Below are positions 1 to 7,771 of a stretch of DNA of 38,293 nucleotides, in pieces (within the stretch, counting starts at the first letter, position 1; the number at the start of each line of letters is the position of its first letter). Made by a program: the position numbers and the translations under genes. The DNA lies in the sequence record DRR723986_6714. One strand, written 5' to 3'. The notes below the pieces were generated by a model that saw nothing but the letters and a program-made list of their open reading frames with translations, did no database searches and had not been told where the DNA came from.

Positions 1-783
1 TTCCAGCGTCTGCACCAGGTTCGGCTGCATTGCTTCTTTCAGCAGCACGGTCATGGCGCCGTCTGCTTCCAGTTCGCGCGCGGTGATCGCCGTGCGGTCG
101 CGCCGGTAGGCAACGATGATGTCACCGAGCCGCTTCTGCAGATCTTCGAGATCGGTGGCCAGGCAGAGGATGGCCATGATTTCGGAGGCGACGGTGATGT
201 CGAACCCTGCTTCACGCGGAAAGCCGTTGGCAATGCCACCAAGCGAACAGACGATGGAACGCAGTGCGCGATCGTTCATGTCCATCACCCGGCGCCAGAC
301 AACGCGGCGAATGTCGATGCCCAGTTCGTTGCCCCAGTAGATGTGGTTCTCGATCAGGGCTGCGAGCAGGTTGTGGGCCGAGGTGATGGCGTGGAAGTCG
401 CCGGTGAAATGCAGGTTGATGTCTTCCATCGGGACGACCTGGGCATAGCCGCCACCGGCTGCGCCGCCCTTCATGCCGAAACAGGGGCCGAGCGAAGGTT
501 CGCGCAGGCAGATCATCGCGTTCTTGCCGATCCTGTTGAGGCCGTCGCCAAGACCGACCGTTGTGGTCGTCTTGCCTTCGCCCGCCGGGGTCGGGTTGAT
601 CGCTGTCACCAGAATCAGCTTGCCGTTCTTGCGGCCATTGAGGTTGGCAATGTAGTCGGCGGAAATCTTGGCCTTGGTGCGCCCATAGGGCAGGAGAGAG
701 TCTTCGGGAATATTCAGCCGTGTGCCGATCTCCTGAATGGGTTTCATCTTGGCTGCACGGGCAATTTCAATATCGCTGGCCAT
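1..783 (-). CDS. fhs: Formate--tetrahydrofolate ligase (N-terminal part; runs off window start)
   Basis: Not in ORF track (truncated). Manual translation from ATG at 783: [16 protein letters not shown]...[27 protein letters not shown]...[48 protein letters not shown], the FTHFS signatures. Confidence 0.97.
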   Translation of the reverse strand, partial: MASDIEIARAAKMKPIQEIGTRLNIPEDSLLPYGRTKAKISADYIANLNGRKNGKLILVTAINPTPAGEGKTTTTVGLGDGLNRIGKNAMICLREPSLGPCFGMKGGAAGGGYAQVVPMEDINLHFTGDFHAITSAHNLLAALIENHIYWGNELGIDIRRVVWRRVMDMNDRALRSIVCSLGGIANGFPREAGFDITVASEIMAILCLATDLEDLQKRLGDIIVAYRRDRTAITARELEADGAMTVLLKEAMQPNLVQTLE

Positions 784-891
784 GGGTTCTCTCTCTCCGA
801 AGCGTTTCCGATTTCTTGTTTTCCGGATGCGGTTTTGCACCGCCCCGACTTGTGCCGGAACGCTATGGGAGAGGGCGGTGCAGCAAATGTT

Positions 892-923
892 CCGAAAGCG
901 ACAGGATGCGCCCCGGAAGCGAC
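892..923 (-). promoter_or_regulatory. Direct-repeat operator (GTCGCTT[C/T]CGG x2 on minus strand, 21-bp period) upstream of fhs, candidate AraC/GlxA-family site
   Basis: CCGAAAGCGAC at 892-902 and CCGGAAGCGAC at 913-923; lies just upstream of a possible minus-strand -35/-10 (TTTGCT..TAGCGT). Confidence 0.5.
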
Positions 924-929
924 GGCAAC

Positions 930-1298
930 TCAATCGGCGCGGTTGCGCAGCACTGTTGCGAGAAAAACCAGCATGGTCAGAACCGCCAGAACAGAGCCGG
1001 CCTTGGCCATGATTTCCCCTTCGGCGTTGATCGCAAATACGATCCCGGGCACCAGTACGATGACGGTGAGAACCGACAATCCGTAGTGGATGAGCGCAAG
1101 GCGCGAGGCGGCTGCCATTGGTGCCAGGGCGTAGTAGGCACCAAAGACGGCCATCATCACGAAGCCGATCAGGTTGAGATGCCCGTGCGCTGGCGCAAGC
1201 GTGTGATCAGTGGTCGCTGACATGTGGATGCCCCAGGCCATGCCGATCAGGGCAAAGAGTGCGGCCGTGGCAAAATAAAGACGTGGTATCGCTTTCAT
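930..1298 (-). CDS. Small four-TM membrane protein with [10 protein letters not shown] motif (reminiscent of heme-copper oxidase subunit I helices)
   Basis: ORF 930..1325, likely start MKAIPRL at 1298; four hydrophobic segments; conserved-looking HxHLNLxG. Confidence 0.7.
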   Translation of the reverse strand: MKAIPRLYFATAALFALIGMAWGIHMSATTDHTLAPAHGHLNLIGFVMMAVFGAYYALAPMAAASRLALIHYGLSVLTVIVLVPGIVFAINAEGEIMAKAGSVLAVLTMLVFLATVLRNRAD

Positions 1299-1403
1299 GT
1301 GTTCCCCCCGGAAGACGATGGCCATTCCTGTTTTCAGGTCCTGGCGGAGGGAAAGCTTACATGATTTGTGACAGTTGGATGACGGGAAAAGTAAATTGCA
1401 ATA

Positions 1404-1438
1404 TCTGGCGAAACGGATTTTAGTTCCGCAATGACAGA
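1404..1438. promoter_or_regulatory. Two imperfect palindromes (TCTG-N6-CGGA, TCCG-N6-CAGA), 21 bp apart, at start of XRE gene
   Basis: 1404-1417 TCTGGCGAAACGGA; 1425-1438 TCCGCAATGACAGA overlaps the ATG; same pattern as the array upstream of kbl. Confidence 0.5.
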
Positions 1439-1991
1439 TTCAGACATTCTCTCCCGTTTGCCGGCCCGCCTCAAGAAAGCGCGGCGTGCCCAGGGGCTCT
1501 CGCTTGAAGCCGTTGAAAAGCTCTCCGGCGTTTCCCGCTCCATGGTCAGCCAGATCGAGCGCGGGGAGTCGAACCCGACTGTCGCGACCCTGCTCAATCT
1601 GACTAGGGCCCTGAATGTCGACTTTGCAGGTCTTCTGGGGGAGGAGGCGGCCGAGGATCGGGTCGAGATCGTGCACGAACATCAGACCCCGGCGCTCGAC
1701 AGGGCGGGAGACGGCTGCAAGATCCGCATCCTGTCACCGCCTCAGGACACAGGCCGGTTCGAAATCTATGAGCTGATATTCGCGGAGGATGGCAAGCTCG
1801 ACAGCAAACCGCACGAACGTGGAACGCGGGAGCAACTGATAGCCGAAGACGGCCAGCTTGAAGTCACGTCCGGTGTGGCCAAAGGTGTCATCGGAAAAGG
1901 GGACACGGCTCGCTATGCCGCCGACGTGCCCCATTGCATTGCAGCCGTGGGCGGCCCGGCTCGGGCGATCCTGATCGTGATTAAGTTCTGA
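1431..1991 (+). CDS. XRE-family transcriptional regulator with C-terminal cupin domain
   Basis: HTH_3 pattern LKKARRAQGLSLEAVEKLSGVSRSMVSQIERGESNPTVATL; cupin-like PHERGTREQL...GDTARYAADVPH. Confidence 0.92.
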   Translation: MTDSDILSRLPARLKKARRAQGLSLEAVEKLSGVSRSMVSQIERGESNPTVATLLNLTRALNVDFAGLLGEEAAEDRVEIVHEHQTPALDRAGDGCKIRILSPPQDTGRFEIYELIFAEDGKLDSKPHERGTREQLIAEDGQLEVTSGVAKGVIGKGDTARYAADVPHCIAAVGGPARAILIVIKF

Positions 1992-2016
1992 AGGCCGCGA
2001 GACGCTTCCTTGGCCT

Positions 2017-2547
2017 TCAAACAGCCGGCAGCGGCACATCAGGCCAGGTTTCCGTGACTTCCGCCTGCACCGGCCGGTCGAGATACGTCGTCAGCACCAC
2101 ATAACTTCTGGTCGCCCTTACGCCCGGCAGGGCATAGACCTGTGCAAGGAAGCGTTCCATCGCGTCGGCATTGGCCGTCCGCACCTTCAGGATGACACAA
2201 CAGTCGCCCGTGACCGAATGGAGTTCTTCCACTTCCGGAAAGTCCCGCAGCTTCATCATCCGCTCGCTCTTGCCCCATCCGCTGGCATCCACATGCACGA
2301 AAGCCAGAAACGGTTTGCCGACAGACATGGGATCAATGGCGGCGTTGGTGGAGGCGATGGTTCCGGACGCGATCATCCGCTTTACCCGGTCATGCACCGC
2401 CGGTGCGGACAGCCCGACCGTGGTCCCGATCTCGGCGTAGGTCTGCCGGGCATTGCGCACCAGCTCGCCTAATATTCTTCGGTCGAATGCGTCCACGGGG
2501 CGGCCGGGAGAGCTGTTTTTCTGAATGGTCTCTTTATTTGATTTCAT
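2017..2547 (-). CDS. Lrp/AsnC family transcriptional regulator
   Basis: DAFDRRILGELVRNARQTYAEIGTTVGLSAPAVHDRVKRM HTH and EVEELHSVTGD RAM domain; start placed at MKSNKE. Confidence 0.93.
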   Translation of the reverse strand: MKSNKETIQKNSSPGRPVDAFDRRILGELVRNARQTYAEIGTTVGLSAPAVHDRVKRMIASGTIASTNAAIDPMSVGKPFLAFVHVDASGWGKSERMMKLRDFPEVEELHSVTGDCCVILKVRTANADAMERFLAQVYALPGVRATRSYVVLTTYLDRPVQAEVTETWPDVPLPAV

Positions 2548-2631
2548 TCGGCCAGATCCTTGTTGCGATGAACTCTGTTCGCCTGAACAGTCATTTCCGA
2601 AACAGATTTCGGAAGAAGGATCTTCGGCTTG

Positions 2632-3015
2632 ATGGAGCGGACAATCAACCCGGACAAGGGCATTTACCCGGCAACACCGGATTATGTGCATGCCCTGGAA
2701 GTGACCGGTGCAGGGCGGTTGCTCTTCGTCAGCGGCACCATGGGGCTTGATGTAATCGGCCGGGCTCCAGAGAGCCTGGAAGAGCAGCTCGATCTGGTTT
2801 GGGCGAACCTGCGCCGGATCCTGACTGAAGCGGACATGACGACCGACAATATCGTCCGCGTCACCAGTTATCTTTCAGATCCCGACCATGCCGAAAAGAA
2901 CCAGGCCGCACGACTGGAGGCGCTGGGCGCCCGACGCGTCCCGACCACGGCCATCGTGGTTCGAACGCTGACACCCGAGTGGATGATCGAAATCGAAATT
3001 GTCGCGGCCGCTTAG
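2632..3015 (+). CDS. RidA/YjgF/UK114 family protein
   Basis: LFVSGTMG, ANLRRILTEADMTTDNIVRVTSYL and IEIEIVAAA motifs; divergent from Lrp. Confidence 0.9.
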   Translation: MERTINPDKGIYPATPDYVHALEVTGAGRLLFVSGTMGLDVIGRAPESLEEQLDLVWANLRRILTEADMTTDNIVRVTSYLSDPDHAEKNQAARLEALGARRVPTTAIVVRTLTPEWMIEIEIVAAA

Positions 3016-3061
3016 GCGAAGCAGCAGTTCTCGGCAAATCTGGCGGGCGCAGGAGAAAGCA

Positions 3062-3688
3062 ATGCAGTTCGAGACCTATCTGATCTTTCTAGTCACGACA
3101 GCTGTCGTGGTTTTCTCTCCCGGTGCGGCAGCCGTGGCCGTTGCGTCGCAAGGGGCGGCCAATGGTGGGCGTCGGGCACTTGGTGGCGTTTTTGGTATTG
3201 CGTCTGCCAATGCCGTTTATTTTGCGCTTTCGGCAACCGGCATTGCCTCACTGATCATTGCCTCCAACCTGGTGTTCTCGGTAATCAAATGGGCTGGTGT
3301 AGGATATCTCGTCTGGCTGGGTCTGACCGCACTCTTCACGCCGGCAGGCGCAATCCGTGTCAAACGGTCCGGGCGGCAGTCCAGCCTGAAGGCGTTGTTC
3401 GCCCAGGGCTTCGTGATCGAGTTCGCCAATCCGAAGGCACTGCTCTATTTCGCAGCCATTTTGCCCCAGTTTCTCGACATCAATGCACCCATTGTTCCGC
3501 AGATCCTCATCATGGGCATGACGACGTTCGTGATCGACCTGACATCCTACACGGCATATGCCTTTCTGGGGGATCGCCTCACCCGTGGCGAGATGAAGAT
3601 CTGGGTTGTAGGTCTCGTCAACAAATGCGCCGGGGTTGCCTTGCTCTATGCAGGTTTTCGAATGGCGGGTGTCACTGTAATGCGTTAG
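3062..3688 (+). CDS. LysE/RhtB family amino-acid exporter
   Basis: FSPGAA, IKWAGVGYLVWLG and GFVIEFANPKALLYF motifs; six hydrophobic segments; RBS AGGAGA. Confidence 0.92.
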   Translation: MQFETYLIFLVTTAVVVFSPGAAAVAVASQGAANGGRRALGGVFGIASANAVYFALSATGIASLIIASNLVFSVIKWAGVGYLVWLGLTALFTPAGAIRVKRSGRQSSLKALFAQGFVIEFANPKALLYFAAILPQFLDINAPIVPQILIMGMTTFVIDLTSYTAYAFLGDRLTRGEMKIWVVGLVNKCAGVALLYAGFRMAGVTVMR

Positions 3689-3759
3689 TATCTGCGGATA
3701 TTTCCTGGCCGGAAAGGCTGACGCGATCGCCTGGATCTTGCAGAAGGGCAGTTGCAAGA

Positions 3760-3836
3760 ATCCGTGATACCGGAAATCGAATCTTTTATTCCGGACAAAT
3801 ATCCGGCATAGTGGAGGAAATATCCATTTTGCCGGA
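3760..3836. promoter_or_regulatory. Four-copy operator array, ~21-bp period (ATC[C/T]-N8-GGA), upstream of kbl
   Basis: ATCCGTGATACCGGA (3760), ATCTTTTATTCCGGA (3781), ATCCGGCATAGTGGA (3801), ATCCATTTTGCCGGA (3822). Confidence 0.6.
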
Positions 3837-3845
3837 GGAAGCCCT

Positions 3846-5033
3846 GTGTCCGATGCCTTTCTGTCGCATATTTCCGAGACGCTAAAAGAAATCGAGGCCG
3901 AAGGGCTCTACAAACGCGAGCGGTTGATCACCTCGCCGCAGGGCGGTGTGATCACGGTTGGCGGGCGCGAGGTCATCAACCTTTGCGCAAACAATTACCT
4001 GGGTCTGGCCGATCATCCGGCTCTCGAGGAGGCGGCCCGCAAGGCTCTTGAGCCGAAGGGCTACGGCATGGCGTCCGTGCGCTTTATTTGTGGAACCCAG
4101 GACATTCACCGCCAGCTTGAACAGCGTCTGGCCGAGTTTCTCGGCAAGGACGATTCCATTCTGTTCGCGGCCTGTTTCGATGCAAATGGCGGCCTGTTCG
4201 AGCCGTTGCTCGGCCCAGAGGACGCGATCATATCGGACGCGCTCAATCATGCGTCGATCATAGACGGTATTCGCCTGTGCAAGGCCCAGCGCTATCGCTA
4301 CGCCAATTCCGATATGGCGGATCTGGAAGCGAAGCTGAAGGAATCCCGAGCCGCCGGAGCCCGCCACATCATGATCGCGACCGACGGCGTCTTCTCGATG
4401 GACGGCTATCTGGCCAATCTGCCGGGGGTGACCGAACTCGCCAGGCAATATGATGCCGTGGTGATGGTCGACGATTGCCACGCGACCGGCTTCATGGGGC
4501 CGAAGGGCAAGGGCACACCGGCGCATTTTGGGGTCGATGTCGATATTTTGACGGGAACACTCGGCAAGGCGCTGGGCGGCGGCATTGGTGGTTACATTGC
4601 CGGGCCTCAGCCGGTTATTGACCTGCTGCGCCAGCGGGCAAGGCCCTATCTCTTCTCCAACTCCCTGCCACCGGCAGTGGTCATGAGCGGTCTTGAGGCC
4701 ATCCGCCTGGTGGAAGAGGGGGACGATCTGCGCAAGAACCTCTTCTACAATGCCGGCTATTGGCGTGCAGGCCTCGAAGCGCTCGGCTTCACGCTTCTGC
4801 CGGGCGAGCATCCCATCATTCCGGTGATGCTGGGCGAGGCAAAGTTGGCCCAGGAAATGGCGGCAAAGCTGTTTGAGGAAGGCGTCTATGTCTCCGGTTT
4901 CTTCTTTCCTGTGGTGCCGCGCGGTCAGGCCCGCATTCGAACCCAGATGAACGCGGCCTTGACCCGGTCCGACCTGGACCGCGCACTGGAAGCCTTCGAA
5001 AAGGCCGGCAAGGCGACGGGGGTTCTGTCATGA
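3846..5033 (+). CDS. kbl: Glycine C-acetyltransferase (2-amino-3-ketobutyrate CoA ligase)
   Basis: [43 protein letters not shown] (PLP Lys), [15 protein letters not shown] start; overlaps tdh (ATGA). Confidence 0.97.
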   Translation: MSDAFLSHISETLKEIEAEGLYKRERLITSPQGGVITVGGREVINLCANNYLGLADHPALEEAARKALEPKGYGMASVRFICGTQDIHRQLEQRLAEFLGKDDSILFAACFDANGGLFEPLLGPEDAIISDALNHASIIDGIRLCKAQRYRYANSDMADLEAKLKESRAAGARHIMIATDGVFSMDGYLANLPGVTELARQYDAVVMVDDCHATGFMGPKGKGTPAHFGVDVDILTGTLGKALGGGIGGYIAGPQPVIDLLRQRARPYLFSNSLPPAVVMSGLEAIRLVEEGDDLRKNLFYNAGYWRAGLEALGFTLLPGEHPIIPVMLGEAKLAQEMAAKLFEEGVYVSGFFFPVVPRGQARIRTQMNAALTRSDLDRALEAFEKAGKATGVLS

Positions 5034-6070
5034 CCAGCAACCAGATGAAGGCGCTGTCCAAGTCCGAACCGAAGGAGGGCCTCTGGATGACCCGCGCGCC
5101 GGTGCCGGAAATCGGTCCGGACGACGTTCTGATCAAGATCCATAAAACCGGCATTTGCGGCACGGATATTCACATCTGGAACTGGGACGACTGGGCGTCG
5201 AAGACTGTGCCGGTGCCGATGATCACCGGTCACGAATTCGCCGGAGAAATTGTAGAACTCGGCAAGAACGTCACCGACCTTGAAATCGGCCAGCGATGCT
5301 CAGGTGAGGGGCACCTGATCGGACGGCACTCACGCCAGTCTCGCGCGGGCAAGTTTCATCTGGATCCGGAAACCCGCGGCATAGGTGTCAACGAGCAGGG
5401 TGCCTTTGCAGAATATCTGCGCTTGCCGGCCTTCAATGTTGTGCCTTTGCCGGACGAGATCGACGATGAGATCGGGGCCATTCTCGACCCGCTCGGCAAT
5501 GCGGTTCATACCGCACTCAGTTTCGATCTGGTTGGAGAGGATGTTCTGATCACCGGAGCCGGTCCGATCGGCATCATGGCCGCGGCTGTTGCCCGTCACG
5601 TCGGGGCGCGCAATGTCGTTATCACCGATATCAATCAGGCGCGTCTCGACCTTGCAACGAAAGTGGCCGACGTGGTGCCGGTCAATGTCGCCCGGAAAGA
5701 TCTGAAAGGCATCGAGAAGAAACTCGGCATGAAGGAAGGCTTCGATGTCGGCCTGGAAATGTCCGGCAGTCAGGTAGCGCTCGATCAGATGGTCGAGAAC
5801 CTTGTGATGGGCGGGCGGATCGCACTGCTTGGTATCCCTCCCGGAAAGTCGCCCGTCGACTGGTCACGCATCGTGTTCAAAGCCATCACGATCAAGGGCG
5901 TTTACGGCCGGGAAATTTTCGAGACCTGGTACAAGATGATTGCCATGCTGCAGAACGGTCTGGACGTGCGCAATGTCATCACGCACCGGTTTGGTGTCGA
6001 TGATTTCGAAAAAGGTTTTGCTGCCATGAAGTCCGGCGAAGCCGGCAAGGTAGTCCTCAGCTGGACCTGA
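5030..6070 (+). CDS. tdh: L-threonine 3-dehydrogenase
   Basis: [62 protein letters not shown]; coupled to kbl. Confidence 0.96.
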   Translation: MTSNQMKALSKSEPKEGLWMTRAPVPEIGPDDVLIKIHKTGICGTDIHIWNWDDWASKTVPVPMITGHEFAGEIVELGKNVTDLEIGQRCSGEGHLIGRHSRQSRAGKFHLDPETRGIGVNEQGAFAEYLRLPAFNVVPLPDEIDDEIGAILDPLGNAVHTALSFDLVGEDVLITGAGPIGIMAAAVARHVGARNVVITDINQARLDLATKVADVVPVNVARKDLKGIEKKLGMKEGFDVGLEMSGSQVALDQMVENLVMGGRIALLGIPPGKSPVDWSRIVFKAITIKGVYGREIFETWYKMIAMLQNGLDVRNVITHRFGVDDFEKGFAAMKSGEAGKVVLSWT

Positions 6071-6123
6071 GCCGGCTGAATGGCGAAGGGAAGTTCAGCA
6101 GCTACATCAACTCCAAGCGACGC

Positions 6124-6158
6124 AAGATCGCCTTCGATCAGATCGAGGGCGATCTTTT
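6124..6158. terminator. Long hairpin between convergent tdh and DUF2892 genes
   Basis: AAGATCGCCTTCGATC-A-GATCGAGGGCGATCTT followed by TT. Confidence 0.55.
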
Positions 6159-6193
6159 CGTGCACGTTTCTTTTCTGGCGGCGTTGCGTCGTT

Positions 6194-6397
6194 TCAGGCA
6201 AAACCGGATTTCTGAGGCAAACCCAGCTTTTTCAGGACCATCACCACCGGGCAAAGTCCGGTAAAGGACGCCTGGACGAGATGGGCGCCGAGAATTCCGG
6301 TGAGCCAAAGCCAGTTGAGATTGACGTAGACAGCCAGCAATACCGACGCAAGTATCAGCAGGCCGACCACGAGAAGAATGGCGCGTTCGACGGTCAT
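6194..6397 (-). CDS. DUF2892 (YgaP-like) small membrane protein
   Basis: MTVERAILLVVG...WLWLTGILGAHLVQASFTGLCP; the 'xQSxFTGxCP' pattern of this family. Confidence 0.85.
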   Translation of the reverse strand: MTVERAILLVVGLLILASVLLAVYVNLNWLWLTGILGAHLVQASFTGLCPVVMVLKKLGLPQKSGFA

Positions 6398-6544
6398 CGT
6401 ATTCTCCCAAGTTTCATTCATTCGAAACAGAGAAATTATGCGCCCATTTTACCGCGTTGAACAGGTCCTTGGTTCCGGCGTGACATATCGCCAGGCAGGG
6501 ATCTCACCGGCGGTATCGCGGTAATTTCCGGATCGACAAGAGAA

Positions 6545-6595
6545 TAATACTCATTTTGAGCATTATTCTCTTGCTAATGCTCAAAATGAGTATTA
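6545..6595. promoter_or_regulatory. Tandem NadQ-type operators overlapping a putative sigma70 promoter
   Basis: TAATACTCATTTTGAGCATTA (6545-6565) and its exact reverse complement TAATGCTCAAAATGAGTATTA (6575-6595); both match ATRCTCA-N3-TGAGYAT; TTGCTA-N17-TAGATG at 6571-6599. Confidence 0.8.
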
Positions 6596-6650
6596 GATGA
6601 GATGCAGCCGAGGAGTTCGGCTGCATTCCAAAAATTCGAGGGAGGCTCGA

Positions 6651-7715
6651 ATGTCCAAATTTCACTACGGTGTTTTTGTCGGCCGCTTTCAGCCGTTGCA
6701 TGCTGGCCATGAGGCCGTCATCAGATCTGCGCTGGAACAAGTCGATACGCTGATCGTACTGATCGGGTCTTCCGGTCAGGCGCGCACCCCGCGAAATCCC
6801 TTCACTTGCGCCGAACGCGAAGAAATGTTCGCAAAGGTGTTCAAGCACGAGCTGACCACCGGCCGTCTGATCCTGAAGCCTGTTTCGGATCATCCCTATT
6901 CGGATGCTGCCTGGTGCGCCGAGGTTCAGCGGGCCGTCAATGAAACCGTGCTTGCCGATTACAACAAGGGCGGTGTCGTTCTGCATGGTTTGCAGGATAT
7001 CGAGATCGCGCTTGCTGGCTATGGCAAGGACCGCACGAGCTACTATCTCAAGCTGTTTCCCGAATGGGGCAATGTGCAGTTGGCCAGCCAATACGGCACC
7101 TTCTCGTCGACAGACGTGCGCAGGCAGTTGTTCCAGCGCATCCCGGTCATATCGCGGTCGGTTCTGTCGGCCGGCGTGGTGGAGTGGCTGGAAGCCTTCG
7201 CTCTGACGGAGACCTTTCGTGCACTTCTGGAAGAGACCGAGTACCTGGATGCCTATCCCGGGCAATGGGGAAGGGGACCGTTCGTGACGGTGGATGCCGT
7301 CGTCATCCAGTCCGGAAACATTCTTCTGGTCGAGCGCGGCCAGGCTCCCGGCAAGGGATTGCTGGCTCTGCCCGGCGGTTTCCTTGATCCCAGTGAAAGC
7401 ATAAAGGATGCCGCGATCCGCGAGTTGAAGGAAGAAACCGCCATCAGCGACCACAAGGGAGAAATTCCCCCGGCGATGTTGGCGTCTTTCATAGACGGAA
7501 CCAAGACAAGGGTCTTCGACCATCCTGACCGGTCGTTGCGTGGCCGCATCATCACCCACGCGTTTCTGTTTCGCCTGCCCGAACGGCGCGAACTGTTTTC
7601 AGTCACGGGTGGCGACGATGCCAGGTCAGCCAATTGGCATCGACTTGGCGACCTTAAGTCCGAGCAGTTCTTCGAAGATCACTGGTCCATCATCCAGCTG
7701 ATGGCGGACCTGTAA
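6651..7715 (+). CDS. nadM: Bifunctional NMN adenylyltransferase / Nudix (ADP-ribose) hydrolase (NadM-Nudix)
   Basis: GRFQPLHAGH (HxGH), RNPFT, SSTDVR; Nudix box GFLDPSESIKDAAIRELKEETAI; RSLRGRIITHAF, GGDDA, FFEDH; RBS GGAGG. Confidence 0.93.
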   Translation: MSKFHYGVFVGRFQPLHAGHEAVIRSALEQVDTLIVLIGSSGQARTPRNPFTCAEREEMFAKVFKHELTTGRLILKPVSDHPYSDAAWCAEVQRAVNETVLADYNKGGVVLHGLQDIEIALAGYGKDRTSYYLKLFPEWGNVQLASQYGTFSSTDVRRQLFQRIPVISRSVLSAGVVEWLEAFALTETFRALLEETEYLDAYPGQWGRGPFVTVDAVVIQSGNILLVERGQAPGKGLLALPGGFLDPSESIKDAAIRELKEETAISDHKGEIPPAMLASFIDGTKTRVFDHPDRSLRGRIITHAFLFRLPERRELFSVTGGDDARSANWHRLGDLKSEQFFEDHWSIIQLMADL

Positions 7716-7771
7716 CAGCGCCCGCGGGGGAGGCCCGCAGGCAAACGCACCTGTCACGTGAGGAGTTCACA

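Noticed and set aside
784-890. Possible ZTP or THF riboswitch in the fhs leader (alternative stems TGCACCGCCC/GGGCGGTGCA)
   Set aside because: I could not find the conserved ZTP or THF core sequences, and one arm appears to lie in the promoter spacer; an Rfam scan would settle it.
343-1086. 247-aa plus-strand ORF
   Set aside because: Antisense shadow of fhs, which has clear family motifs on the minus strand.
3760-3836. Periodic repeats as a mini-CRISPR
   Set aside because: The period is about 21 bp with degenerate units, no spacers and no cas genes; this fits operators.
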